From NCBI GenBank assembly GCA_050575255.1, contig JBNZDD010013618.1, forward strand, positions 2,107,662 through 2,171,661: a DNA stretch of 64,000 nucleotides. Direction: 5' to 3'. This document shows positions 26,584 through 38,375 of the stretch, piece after piece. Source of the DNA: Harriotta raleighana (lineage: Eukaryota). Position 1 is the first letter of the stretch. Each line of letters opens with the position of its first letter. Position numbers and translations under genes: made by a program. The notes under the pieces are model-generated. The model was not told where the DNA came from. It did no database searches and saw only the letters and a program-made list of their open reading frames with translations.

Positions 26584-28555
26584 TCATCAGGAATACATTT
26601 TCCCTTCATTTGCATTGTTTCCCTTATTATTATCATTATTGAACATGAATAAACAAGTGAATTTAAAAATAAAGACAATCAAGATGCCTATTACTTCAGC
26701 ACATTTTTATATCGTATTTATAAATTGCTAATGAGTTGCTCCTGGAACATTAGACATTATGAATTTAAAGATTGCTTTTGACTGCTGCATGAAGTGAATT
26801 CTGTGTAAATGATTCATCAAAGATGCAATGCTGATCATTAATGTTACTTGAATATTTACAGTGCGCACTATTTCTGTCATGGTCCTTAGCAGATACAGTG
26901 CTAAATGTAACTCTCCAAATGTGGTAGAGAGTACAGTAGTATTCGCTACAAACATAATAAACCTTATCGCCAGATGCTACCTTAATAGAGACGGTTGTCT
27001 CTCTTTATCAGAGTGCCCATAAAGCATCCACAGACACAGTCACTGAACTTGACAGCAGTTACCTGTGAAGCATTTTCAGACATACTGTAATAGTTTACTG
27101 GATCACATGTAATAATGATGATTATGAGTATGATAATTATAGGCCTGGAAGGACAATAGATGTCGCCTATGTTTTAGTTTCTAGATTGTGCCATTAGCAA
27201 TGTGTGTTTACTGTTGTTGCACTGGAAACATTCAAACCACCTGGCAACCAATCTTTATCCAACGACATAAGCAATTCCCTGCACTAAAAGGGCATGCTTT
27301 GCCCCCTTGGGTGGAAGGCAGAATTCATCCTCTGCAAAGTCAGTATTATAAAAGACAAATGCAGGCACAACAGTGAATATTTTCATTAAAATCACATTTT
27401 ATTACAATGAACTACATCAAGTAAGTATGCAGCTACACAAGTACCTTCAGTGCGAACACACCTTCAGGAATCAGAAGCCTCCAAACCCTCTCATAGTCTT
27501 TGTTTCAAAACTGTACACAATTTAAGATTGTGCAGAACTTTCATTCAATCTAGAAAAACAGCTTCCCAAATTTAAACTAAATTGAACCAGTTTAACATTA
27601 AGAACATTTGAATTTTCAGGTTTTATTTATCTGCATCCGGCAACAAAATGCTCACTGAATACTACCATATTTGGGATGGGAAACAATTGTTGTTGCTTCA
27701 TCATCTAACAATCATTACAAACATATAGTAAAATTAATTTAGTGTTCACCTCCTGGGGAACCCCTCTTCTGGAGGAAACTAACAATACAAAATGGCCACT
27801 TTTACTGGTGCCAAATTTGCGAGAGCCTCCTGAATCTCCTGTTGCATTGGCGAAGAGGAAATCCGACCCATAATGAAATGGGTTGGCATGGAAGTGACCA
27901 AGCAGGATGAGCTTCCTGTTCAACACTGCCAACAATTCAAGAAACATCATATAAAGGTGGCATAAGGCACTAAATCCAATCTCGGGATCAGTTGTGAGGC
28001 ACAAGCTGTTTATGATGTCCCATGGATTTGTCGTCTAGATTAGTGTCTTGTAATTCACTGATGTAGAGCATAAGGGCTACCCCCTGTAACAAGATTTAAG
28101 CTTCTCTCTCGTGGGTTAAGTGGTCACGTCAAATGTTTGACTAAATTCCTACCACAGAAACTTCACTTTTTGCTTCAGTGGGCACATGTTTGACTAAATT
28201 CCTAAATTCCTACGACTCCAGCCATTGATTTTCATTGATTATCACTGCACAGCATACCAAATCAATCAAGTAGCTGCACTTATAGCAACTTATGCATAGT
28301 GCGGAATTCTGCCTGTAATTTGACCAATGCCAAGTACTGAGACTCATGCTCTGGCTATGAACCAACCTCTGTGATGTGAAGCACTTTAATTCTTGAAATA
28401 TGGACATCTTTGCAGCATTACTCTGAAATGTTTCCCAATAAATCTGTTATTGATAGGATTGAATTTTTGGCCTGATTATCCAGACAGGACCACCTCGCCC
28501 ATTGGGGCTTTTGTTTGCGGGTTTATCAGATCAACCAATCTGACATAACTTAGTA

Positions 28556-28870
28556 GTCTGACTCAATGGGTTGTGCATTTGCCTCTTGGTCCTGAAGGTT
28601 ATGAGTTCAAGTCCCTTGAGTGTGATGTGCGCTCAAAGACTATATTGATCCTGCAATGCTGAGAGAGCAATGATGTGTCAGATATGTCAATCTTTGAATG
28701 AGGCAATAAAATGCGAGGTTGTCTTTCTGTTTAGATAGATGTTAAAGATCACGTGCCACAATTCTAGAAGGGAGGGTGATGTTAGCCGACAAGTTGAATT
28801 TGTGATTCGCTGTTTACACGTGAGTCAGTGTTGTGCACAAATTGGTTTGTTGCGTTCACCTGCAAATACA
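28556..28870 (+). mobile_element. Degraded DeuSINE-like SINE
   Basis: gaaggttatgagttcaagtccc head; ctttgaatgagg...gatgttaaagatc...tgtgcacaaattgg core. Confidence 0.6.
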
Positions 28871-30356
28871 CAGACCCTGTAGTTTCTCATGTGTTTTTTT
28901 TAAATCGATTTACTGCAATTAAGGTTTTCTCTTTTCTCAGATAAAGTGTCTTTTGAATGAGTTTGTTGTACTGTGTAAAATCCTTACGAAAAAGCAAATC
29001 AGTGCAGCATCTGCAAGGTTTGCAATTAGTAGCTTAACCCAAGTCCAGCAATATTGTAATAATGAAAGCTCTGAGGAAACAACTTTCACATCACTACAAC
29101 ACAGGAGGCAAATAACAATTATAAATAGCATGAATAAGGGTTCAGAAACTTCACTTTTTGCTTCAGTGGGCAGTTGTGCTTTGACTCAGTAAAATTCTAT
29201 ACAGTGATTTTACAGCCCTCCTAACTTCGGGTGAGAGAACTGGGAATCTATTTATGTTTTTCAGATTGTTTTTCCGATTACCTGCCATGTAACTCTTTTT
29301 TGAGTGAGCTTGTAATGGCAAACTGCTTTGACTAGCAAGCAAAACAACGCTGAAACACATTATGTGTGCAGTGTTACACGCTCTAGGACTGTGTAGTTGA
29401 GAATTGTTCCATATCCAGAATTACTACAGAATATCAAATATCTGGAGTGACAGCACAGCACTTTTTTTTAAAAAAGCAATTTTTTTTACTCTCCAGTTTA
29501 TTGGAACTTGCTTCAACTTCTTTTGGATTTCGCATTTAATTCTGCATATTTTTTTCCACAGCTGATGGCAGATTTGGGAGAGCCTAGAGGTTCTTCACTG
29601 AGGAAGACTTACTAGGGTGGGTGGAGTTGTTAAGCTCAACAATGTGAGAGCCTGATACTGTGGTTTATTAACGCTAGTCTTTTTTTAGGTTTTGTCTTGA
29701 TGAGATTTCCCTTTATAAACACGAAGCAAAAAGGTCGTAAAGTTTAGCCTTGAATGCAATAATAGATACTACTGTTTTACTGTACCCATTGAAAAAAATA
29801 CATGACAGCCTTGGAGAGGGCAGATGTAATAGCGAGAGACTCTGGTTATATGGAGAGGCTTGAAAAGTTGGAAATGTTTAAGGGAGAGAATTTTTAGAAT
29901 ATGGATTGTTTTACCCAAAATGGTTGCTTGACACATGTTCACACTGGAAGATTAGAAATATTAAAGGGTGTGTTGAAACAGCAAGGTAATGACATTGGAG
30001 TAGGTAGTTCCAATGGGGGAGCATGGTCTCCTTTTATGCTATAAACCTTCTGTGATATCACATGACAGAACATGTTCGAGAGGAAGTGGCTTTATAATCC
30101 TTCAGGCACCTGGTAGAAACTGATGCAGTACAGAGGCAATCAACCTCTGGTCATACATACCAGTGCTTTCATAGTTATTCCAAAATCATAACTAGTGACT
30201 ACTTGCTTGATGCCTGGTGTTTGAACAGCCAGCGAGCCCTTAACGTTACATCCATAGCTTAACAGCAGATACCCGTTACCAGGAAAGAGATAATATTGGG
30301 GGTTGATTATTATCCTTTTTGAAAACAAGTTCCAGAAAGCACACTCAACAAAGCTG

Positions 30357-31200
30357 AAAACAAAAACAAAACAATTGCCCTTGTGTAGCCCCTTTCACGT
30401 CAGGAGGACGTCCCAAGGCGCTGGACAGTCATTGTTTCAGACCCGAGCTGGGGTCGGGGACAGGGAGGGTGGAGGGTGGAGGGAGATTTAGGGTTACCGA
30501 CGGAACCGTTGAAGAAGAGGGTCTTGAGGCAAGACTTGAAGGGAGAGGGTAAGGCGGAGGGACTACTGGATGAATTCCAGAGGTTGGGGCCAGAGTGGCT
30601 GAAGGCTCATCCACCAATGGTGGGGTGGGTGGATCGAGGTACGCGGAACAGGCCGGAGCCTGATAATTGAAGGGGGTGGGTAGATTGGTAGGGGGTTAGG
30701 AGGTCTCAGATGTAAGGTGGGGCGAGCCAGTGGAGGGCTTTGTATGTGAGGATCAGGATCTTGAATTGGATCTTCTGGGTGATTGGGAGCTAATGTATGT
30801 GGACGAAGATGGGGAGATGGGGTCACAAAGCTTAGAGTGGTAGAGGACACTGACCGCAGAGTTCTGGATTATCTGCAACCTACGGAGGGAGGAATTGGGA
30901 AGGATGACAAGAAGGGCATCGGCTTAGTTAAGCCGGGGTGTGATGAAGGCGTGCATGAGGGTTTCAGCGACTTTGGGGGTGAGGTAATGGCGGAGTCGGG
31001 CAATATTGCGGAGGTGAGGGAAGGCAGAGCGGATCATTGCTTGGATGTTGGTAGGAAAGACAGTTGAGGATCGAACAAGATACCTAGATTCCTGACTGGC
31101 TTGGTGGGGTTGAGCGTGCAATCATGTGGGTTGATGCTGCCAGCGCCTGATGCGTGAAGGCGCTAACGTGAGCCAATCAGGACGGCCTCAATCTTGCACT
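30357..31200 (-). mobile_element. 5'-truncated L2 LINE
   Basis: (AAAC/AAC)n tail at 30357-30373. Minus ORF gives SAFPHLRNIARLRHYLTPKVAETLMHAFITPRL, the typical L2 ORF2 C-terminal region. Confidence 0.9.
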
Positions 31201-31586
31201 CGGGACTCAGCAGATAACTAGACTATCTTCCTTGGGGCTGAGCTGGCTTCAAGGTAATGAGCTTGGCAACAGAATGTCGGAATCCAGTCAACCTCTGTGG
31301 CAGACAAGGAAATGCAGTGAATGTCTTTTGAAATATTCAATTCATAATATGTGTTGTTTCCTTCTTGTCACTTTCAGTAATGATACACCGTAATGAGCTC
31401 TGCAAATCCATTCTAACCATTCTACTGTCGTAAGCATGTCAGGCAAAGGTGGTGCACTCAGTATTTTTAAAACAGGATACACATAGGATTACAGATTTAA
31501 ATGTCAGGTCCCAATCAGTGGTACATTCAGAAAACTCTTAGACGAATTCTAACAGATGAGAGAGTTGGCACACATGACTTACGCAC

Positions 31587-31602
31587 ATGACTCAGCAGAT
31601 AA
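31587..31602. promoter_or_regulatory. Perfect NF-E2/ARE/MARE (CNC-small Maf) motif ATGACTCAGCA overlapping AGATAA (GATA)
   Basis: acgcacATGACTCAGCAGATAActag. Motif match only; function untested. Confidence 0.45.
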
Positions 31603-31971
31603 CTAGACTATATTCCTTGGGGCTGAGTTGCCTCCAAGGTAATGAACTTGGCAACCGAATGTCGGAATCCACTCAATCCTCTGTGGCAGTCTCAGTAGCC
31701 ACTTGAGTTCACAGTGCTCCAAAGCAATGCAAATGACAGACCAGATAGATTGTTGCTATCACTCTGGAGGTACAGTCCAATCAATGGGGGCAGGGATTCT
31801 TCCTACTTGACCCTGGTAATCCTACAAGCAAATAGGCCAGGTGGTCCTGACTGGATAATCAGTGGGAAGCTTCTCAGGCAGTGTTTTCAATGGAAAGCTA
31901 CATAATTTTAGCTAGTTAAATTTTAGATAGTTAGCTCTTTCCAACCTACGTCTAATACACACTAGAATTAA

Positions 31972-32270
31972 GGAGTCCTGCAGCTCAGTGGTTGGAGCAC
32001 TCACCTTGCAAGTGAGAGACCTGGGCTCAATTCCAGGCAGGGTGAAACTTTGGGCAAATTTCCATCCTCCACACGCCTGATAATATTCCCTCACAATAAA
32101 AAAATTATAAATTGGTTATTTCGATCTGTTTGTGGGAACACCTTGGTGCGTAATTGGCAGTGTTTCACCTACATATCTACAGTCAATTCACTTCACAGTA
32201 TATTCTATGAAGCGCTTTGGGACGTCTAGAAGATAAGAAAAGCGCTATATCAAATTCCCCCAATTATTAT
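31972..32270 (+). mobile_element. tRNA-headed SINE (short form), full length
   Basis: cagctcagtggttggagcactcaccttgcaagtgagagacctgggctcaattcc head; tail gcgctttgggacgtctagaag...gcgctatatcaaat. Confidence 0.9.
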
Positions 32271-32374
32271 ATACTATTAATGATGTAAGCATTCCTCCAG
32301 AGAAGGAGTGTGCATTCCGCTCCAGACACAGTGACTATTCCATTTGTAGTTACCATGTATATATGGAACTTTCA

Positions 32375-32800
32375 CACGGGATAGAAAATCAGAGGGTCGA
32401 ACAGTGATGGAATTTGACACTGAACCAGGAGGAAGGGGAGATAACTATTGGCATGGTCAAATAGGAATGTCCTCATGTGCGATTTGAAGAGGATTATAAA
32501 GATGGAAAGGCAGAGTGATTGAGGCAAGGAGTTCTTTAGGGCCAGGGTGCAGTTGCTGAAGGTGAAGGCTCTTGATGGTGGAGTGGAAGGGTTGGGCGAC
32601 GTGCAGAAGGCCCAAGCCAGCCAGCCGAATAAATAGTGAGGGTAGAGGAGTGTTTTATGAGGAGGTCAGGTGCTAAGGCATGAGTAGAGAGGTATGAAGT
32701 GACTTGTAGGACAGTGTGAGTTTACTGCAGAGGAGAACACAGGTGGTGGAATCTTGCATCAGTTGGACATTGTTAATGGTGGAACTGGGTTGACCAGCGA
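32375..32800 (-). mobile_element. Degraded L2 3' region
   Basis: Purine-rich tract with gatttgaag...gagttc...gctgaagg...gatggtggag, similar to 30400-30800. Confidence 0.55.
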
Positions 32801-33200
32801 GGATTATCTTTAGTTACCTTTAATTACTCAGAAACGCATTTAATACTCTCATAGATACAATCCCTTTCATGTTGAAACACCTGGATGGAATTACAAAATC
32901 ACTTAAGAGAGATAATAAGGCTTAATAAAGGAATCCTTTTTGTAATACAATACCTGGGGCACATCTCCACTGGCGCTGCTTTTATAGGGGAGAAGCTGGC
33001 CACATCAGGAGTGCTGACATTTAGGTTTAATAGAAGTTGGAGTGATCTAGGACTGTTTAGAAATGGCAAGTATTGAGGGATTAACTGCCTGTCAAAGATG
33101 CAACATTGATCATTTATGGATACCTGAATATTAATGTGTACTCTATCGTATCGGTAGCTAAAATACTAAATTTACATTGGCCACAAGCCTACTGGCTGCC

Positions 33201-33542
33201 GAAACTACAGTAGTGTAGTGGTTAGAGCACTAGACTCACAAGCAAGAGGACCCAGGTTCGATTTCCAGCAGAGCTAAATGTTAGACAAGTTTCCTTACTC
33301 CACACGCCTCTGTTTACCTAGCAGTAAGTAGGAACCCAGTTGTTAGTCGATTGGCAGATCACTTTTCCAAGGTATAATAATCCATTCAAAACAACAGCAA
33401 TTGATCACTCAATCCATGACTGTGTATGCGACATTGCTGTGTGAAATTGGCTGCTACATTTCACCCAAATATATACAGTTAATTCACTTTACAGCATATT
33501 CTGTAAAACGCTTTGAGATTCTAAGATGTGCCAAATGCAAGG

Positions 33543-33571
<29 letters not shown>
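33201..33571 (+). mobile_element. tRNA-headed SINE (long form with an extra central module of about 65 bp), (TAT)n tail
   Basis: tagtgtagtggttagagc / ggttcgatttcc boxes; extra ctgtttacctagcagtaagtaggaaccc module; tail caaatgcaaggattattattatt. Confidence 0.88.
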
Positions 33572-33574
<3 letters not shown>

Positions 33575-34195
33575 AAAGATTGTTTCTAATTTTCTGTTTC
33601 GCGCTTAGTCCAGCTAGGTCTGAATTCCGGATACCTGAAGTCCACAGAGTAAGCCAAAGGTTTACTATATTATTAAAAATATACCACTCCAAAGGTGATT
33701 CAATTGGTCACCTTTGGAGAGGTATATTTTTAATAATACAGAATACTTTTACACTTTCTTATCGTTTTGTACCTTGTTTGAAGTTATGTTTAAAATAAGA
33801 ATTACAAGACAGAGTTCGTACTGAATTGAATCAATGCAAATTGTGCAATATATCTGTACCAGTATGTAGTAAAAAAGCTAATCTTTGCATCATAATGGAA
33901 TCTAATTTGTAAATTGTGCTAGCCATGTGTAAGCTCATGGGAAAAGAGACAATTCCAAGTGCTTTTTACTTCCTATTAACAACCAATGAAACTATCCTTT
34001 TCATTGGTTATTAATTATACATTGCTAGTAAAGATTGCATATGAAGCAATATGGATTTATTTACAGATAAAGAGAAACTTAAAAAGGAATTGATAATAGA
34101 AGTGTGTTCCAGTAAATTCAAATTGTACTCAGAAGTGTATTGTTGGAACAGCGGAATATGACTTAACCAGTCTAGAATGGACAAGCAGTGATTGT

Positions 34196-35352
34196 AGAAG
34201 GCATTTGATAAAGTGCCACACAAAAGGCTGTTACTCAAGATTAAGGCCCACGGGATTAATGGGAACATATTAACATGGATAGAAGAGTGACTAACAAGTA
34301 GAAAACAGAGTGTAGGGATTACATCGAATTGGCAGGATGTAACTAGTGGAGTACCACAAGGATCAGTGCTTGGGCCTCAGCTATTTACTGTTACATCAAT
34401 GATCTGGACGAGGACATTGAATGTAATGTGTCTAAATTCGCAGATGACACTAAACTAGGTAGGAGAGTGAGCTCTGAGGATGATGTAAAAAGATTGCAAG
34501 GAGATATAGATAGGCTAGGGGAATGGGCAAGTAGGTGGCAGATGGAATTTAATGTTGGCAAGTGTGAAATTATCACCTAGGTAGCAAAAATAAAAATAAT
34601 TATTTTCTAGAGAGGGAGAGATTAGATAGTGTTAGTATTGAAAGGGATTTGGGTGTCCTTGTACACCAGTCTTAAAAAGTTAGTTTGGAAGTCCAGCAAG
34701 CAACCAAGAAGGCGAATGGCATGCTAGTGTTGATTTCAAAAGATTTAGAATACAAGAATAGGGAAGTCTTGCTGCAACTGTATAAGGCTTTGGTGAGACC
34801 ACACCTAGAGTATTGTGTGCAGTTTTGGTCTCCTTAATTAAAAAAGGACATACTTGCCTTAGAGGGAGTGCAGTGTAGATTCACTAGGTTAGTTCCTGGG
34901 ATGAGGGGACTGACCTATGAGGATAGGTTGATTAAACTAGGGCTGTGTTCTCTAGAGTACAGAAGAATTAGGGGATCTTATTGAAACATGTAAGATTCTT
35001 AAAGGGCTGGATAAAGTAGACACTGAGGGACTGTTTTTCCTGGTAGGAGAATCTACAACCAGGGATCACAGTCTTAAAATTAAGGATCAGCCTTTTAGAA
35101 CCGAGTTGAGGAAACATTTCTTCACTCAAGAAGGTAATGGAATTCACTACCCCAGAAGGCTGTAAATGCTCAGTCCTTGAACATTTTCAAGGCTGAGACT
35201 GATAATTTTTTTTAAAATAGAGGGATTAGGAGATATGGGGATAGGGCAGGTAATTAGAGTTAGGTCAGAAGATCAGCCATGATCCTATTGAATGGCAGGG
35301 AAGGCTCGAAGGGCTGAATGGCCTACTCCTGCTCCTAATTCTTATGTTCTTA
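34196..35352 (+). mobile_element. 5'-truncated CR1 LINE (RT domain to 3' end), relatively well preserved
   Basis: Encodes KAFDKVPHKRLL, SGVPQGSVLGP, SKFADDTKL and LVRPHLEYCVQFW with stops and frameshifts; ends ggctgaatggcctactcctgctcctaattcttatgttctta. Confidence 0.95.
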
Positions 35353-36470
35353 GAAGATGGATTTATCATGAAAGATTTCAATTTCTCTAATACAGTGCAG
35401 TATTCCACTAAAATTGAAATCCAACCATAATAATATTGAAATCTAGTTCCCAGCAATTTCCCACTTCCCACTTAGCTTCAGACAATCGGACAAAACCACA
35501 GTAGAAGTTGGAAAAACATTTGATCTTATCCTTCCAGAATACCCAACCTACCACCATCAAATCACATCATGAAGCTGACTCTTAAATGAGTCCAACCTTC
35601 TGGCCTAAAATGCCATTTTGGTCACCTCTTCCATGTGTTGAATACCCTCTAGGTAAAATGTATGCAAAGTGTTGGGGATGCACTTCCTGGGTGAATGCAG
35701 CATGATTTCTGAGAGTTAACCTCTAAGGAATTATTTAGATTTTTCTGACAAGTTCTGTGTCTTGGAAGGCTACTTTCCAGTTTAGGAATTTAGTCCCTTT
35801 CAGAGGATTTTAATTAACATTCTATAGGTATCTACGCTCACTAGTCACTGGTTTCTCTCACAAAATGATTTTGCTAAAAAATTTACGATGCAATATATCA
35901 CCAAAGCAATTCAAACTTGCTTTGGATTCTCAGAAACATGTCCTTCTTCATCCTCTGGGCTCCTTTCAAAAGTGGGCATGATAGGTTCTGCGAGTTCATC
36001 AGACCATGTGGGTTGGAAACACCATGTGTTCAACAATAACTCAAATGAAGACGTTTTATCGGATTGTCACCTAACATGATGGACAACTTTTTCCAGATAT
36101 TCGAGTTTTTCCCTATTAGACTTGCTGCAAACTGTCAACACTGTCATTGACCTGTGATAGTTAACTTTTCGCTGACTGCAGACGCTTGTTGCAGTTTTTG
36201 GAGTTGTTATCTGTATGTGTGTTCTGTGTACGTAAATCACACAACCACCCTGATTGCAATCACCTTCAATGGCCTATACTCCCAGGCGATTTAAAGGCTG
36301 AAACGTGGGAAGTGTGTGAGCTCTTTATATACAGTTTGAAGGGTTATGTTCAGTTGTCTTTAGAAAAAAAGTTAAACCCCTCACCTATTTTTGTGTGTTT
36401 TAGTCATATTGTTACTGAGGAGATATTAATCCAATCTCTTGCTTCTTTTCTTTGGCAGGGTCTGAACGGA

Positions 36471-36713
36471 ATGTCTGTGGATGAGAAGCCGGAGTCGCCA
36501 ATGTATGTATATGAGTCAACAGTTCATTGTGCAAATATCCTCCTGTGCCTCAACGATCAGCGTAAGCAGGATATCCTCTGCGATGTGACCGTGTTGGTGG
36601 AGAGGAAGGAGTTCCGAGCCCATCGAGCTGTGTTGGCCGCCTGCAGCGAGTACTTTTTAAAGACTTTGATTGGGCAAGTGGAACATGAACTGGTCATCAC
36701 CCTGCCAGAGGAG
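36471..36713 (+). CDS. BACH2: BACH2 first coding exon, N-terminal half of the BTB/POZ domain (81 codons; exon starts at 36459)
   Basis: Translates [62 protein letters not shown]...LPEE, the recognisable BACH2 N-terminus. Pyrimidine tract plus acceptor tttggcag| (AG 36457-36458); donor GAG|gtatgt at 36714; phase 0. Confidence 0.97.
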
Positions 36714-37330
36714 GTATGTCCCTACCACTCAGAATTGTGCACTGTCCACATAGGACTTGCTCGGTTGCAGGAAGCGTGACTTATGATCAATCTCTCTCCT
36801 TGCTGCCGAACGTAACATCATCTCCTGGGTTATGAGAGCAAGTTTATTTTTATTCTCTTTGATTTCAACATCACAGCTGAGATTTGTTTTTGAGAGGAGG
36901 GGGAAAAAAAACAACCAAACAGTTTATGAAGAGTAAATATCCGAAGTCCAAAGTGCATTGTCTTAATATTTAACAAACTCTCAGGATTTTGGAAAATTCT
37001 TAAATTCAACAACAAATTATAATTTTTATGGAGCCTTTCCCGTTGGGAGGAAAGGTGCTGTCTGAATTTGGATTTGAACCAGGAACACCAAGTTAAGACT
37101 GAATTTATCAATGTTCCAAAATCATTCACTATTTTAAATTTTAAAACAATGGTTTTTAGGTTAAGATCCTGAAATCTTTCAGGCTCCTGGATCACTTCAG
37201 AAGATGTAGCATGTTGCTGAGTGAGCCAGTTAATAGCACTGCAGAATTTTCAGGATATGTGTCCATGCCTCCAGCTTTAAAAAGAAAACCAGAAGTGCCA
37301 CTACCAGCAGCATTCAGAACTAATCGTATA

Positions 37331-37470
37331 GTACTCTCGTGTGACTCATTAAATGTGCCACCGTGATTGTGCCAGATAAGATATGGTTATTCGAATGGGG
37401 ACCTTTTTTTGAGGTGCCGGTTATACGTAAGTTCCGGTTGATCGAATCACGGATAAACGGGCTTTCACTG
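37331..37470. mobile_element. MITE family A terminal fragment, inverted relative to the 21659 copy
   Basis: Reverse complement aligns closely with 21659-21790; ends ggataaacgggctttcactg|TA. Confidence 0.85.
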
Positions 37471-37703
37471 TATATTGGATGTGTTTTGCTGCGTTTACGA
37501 ACAATATATTAACTAGCCTCATTAGTGTATAAATAACTAGGTTAAGCTTCCATTTGGATCTTTAGTTTGTATGTTGGATAACTGATATAGTACAAGTATC
37601 AGATGTGAATTCAAAGTTGAATGATATGAGATTGTTCAGTGTAATGTTACGCATTTCTAGAAGAGCGTGCATTATGCACTGATACACTGCAACAATCAGC
37701 AAG

Positions 37704-37800
37704 GTTAAAAAAAATTATTTAATTGTTATGAGTGTCCTTGCACATCCAAAACGTGTGTCTGGATGTGCAAGGACATTCATAAAAAAAAATATTTTTTAAC
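37704..37800. repeat. Hairpin: 23-bp core stem (37726-37748 / 37760-37782), 11-nt loop, A/T-rich outer extension
   Basis: ttatgagtgtccttgcacatcca vs tggatgtgcaaggacattcataa, one G-T mismatch. Confidence 0.9.
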
Positions 37801-38097
37801 TGGGCCGGGTGGAGGGGGAGAGCATTTACAAAGAACAACAATAAAGCATAAGTTTTCAGTGGCATTATGGCGTGTGCTTAACTCCATAACTTTAATATTA
37901 GTGCTCAGATGGTGGTTTCTACTAAAATATCAACCATGAGGGTGAACATCATGTGAGGTTTGATTCCTGCTTGATTATACTGTACCTGTCTGACGTCCAA
38001 TTTTGTTTTACAAAATTGTTTCTGAATATTTGTTTAGCGATTTCCACAATAGTATCAATCTTATTCTTCATTTAAGTTTCATGATGATAGCAATGTA

Positions 38098-38205
38098 CAG
38101 TTAACCCTCATCGAAGGCGATTTTATCGATTGCGAATTCAAGTATACGTGACAAAACAAAAGCATCACTTGTGTATACGCGCTGGCTGGTCCCCGCATGC
38201 ATGCA
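38098..38205. mobile_element. Tigger-like family B terminal fragment
   Basis: TA|cagttaaccctcatcgaaggcgattttatcgattgcgaattcaagtatacg is the reverse complement of the right end of the 54689-55753 element. Confidence 0.85.
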
Positions 38206-38375
38206 GAGCAGGAAAGGAAAAAAAAATTGAAGTAGCTTATGTTTACAATTATTTCTAAATATAAAATAACGAACCACAACAGGGAATGTGCAAGATTTTG
38301 TATGTGCAAATCCTTTTATGAATCCTTTTAAAAATCCTGCAGATTGGACCCAGTGTATCATTCTGTTCTGAGGAA

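Noticed and set aside
36186-36470. 95-codon N-terminal extension of BACH2 in the ORF track
   Set aside because: Starts at a non-ATG codon, runs through a clear pyrimidine tract and acceptor, and resembles no BACH2 sequence; intronic read-through.
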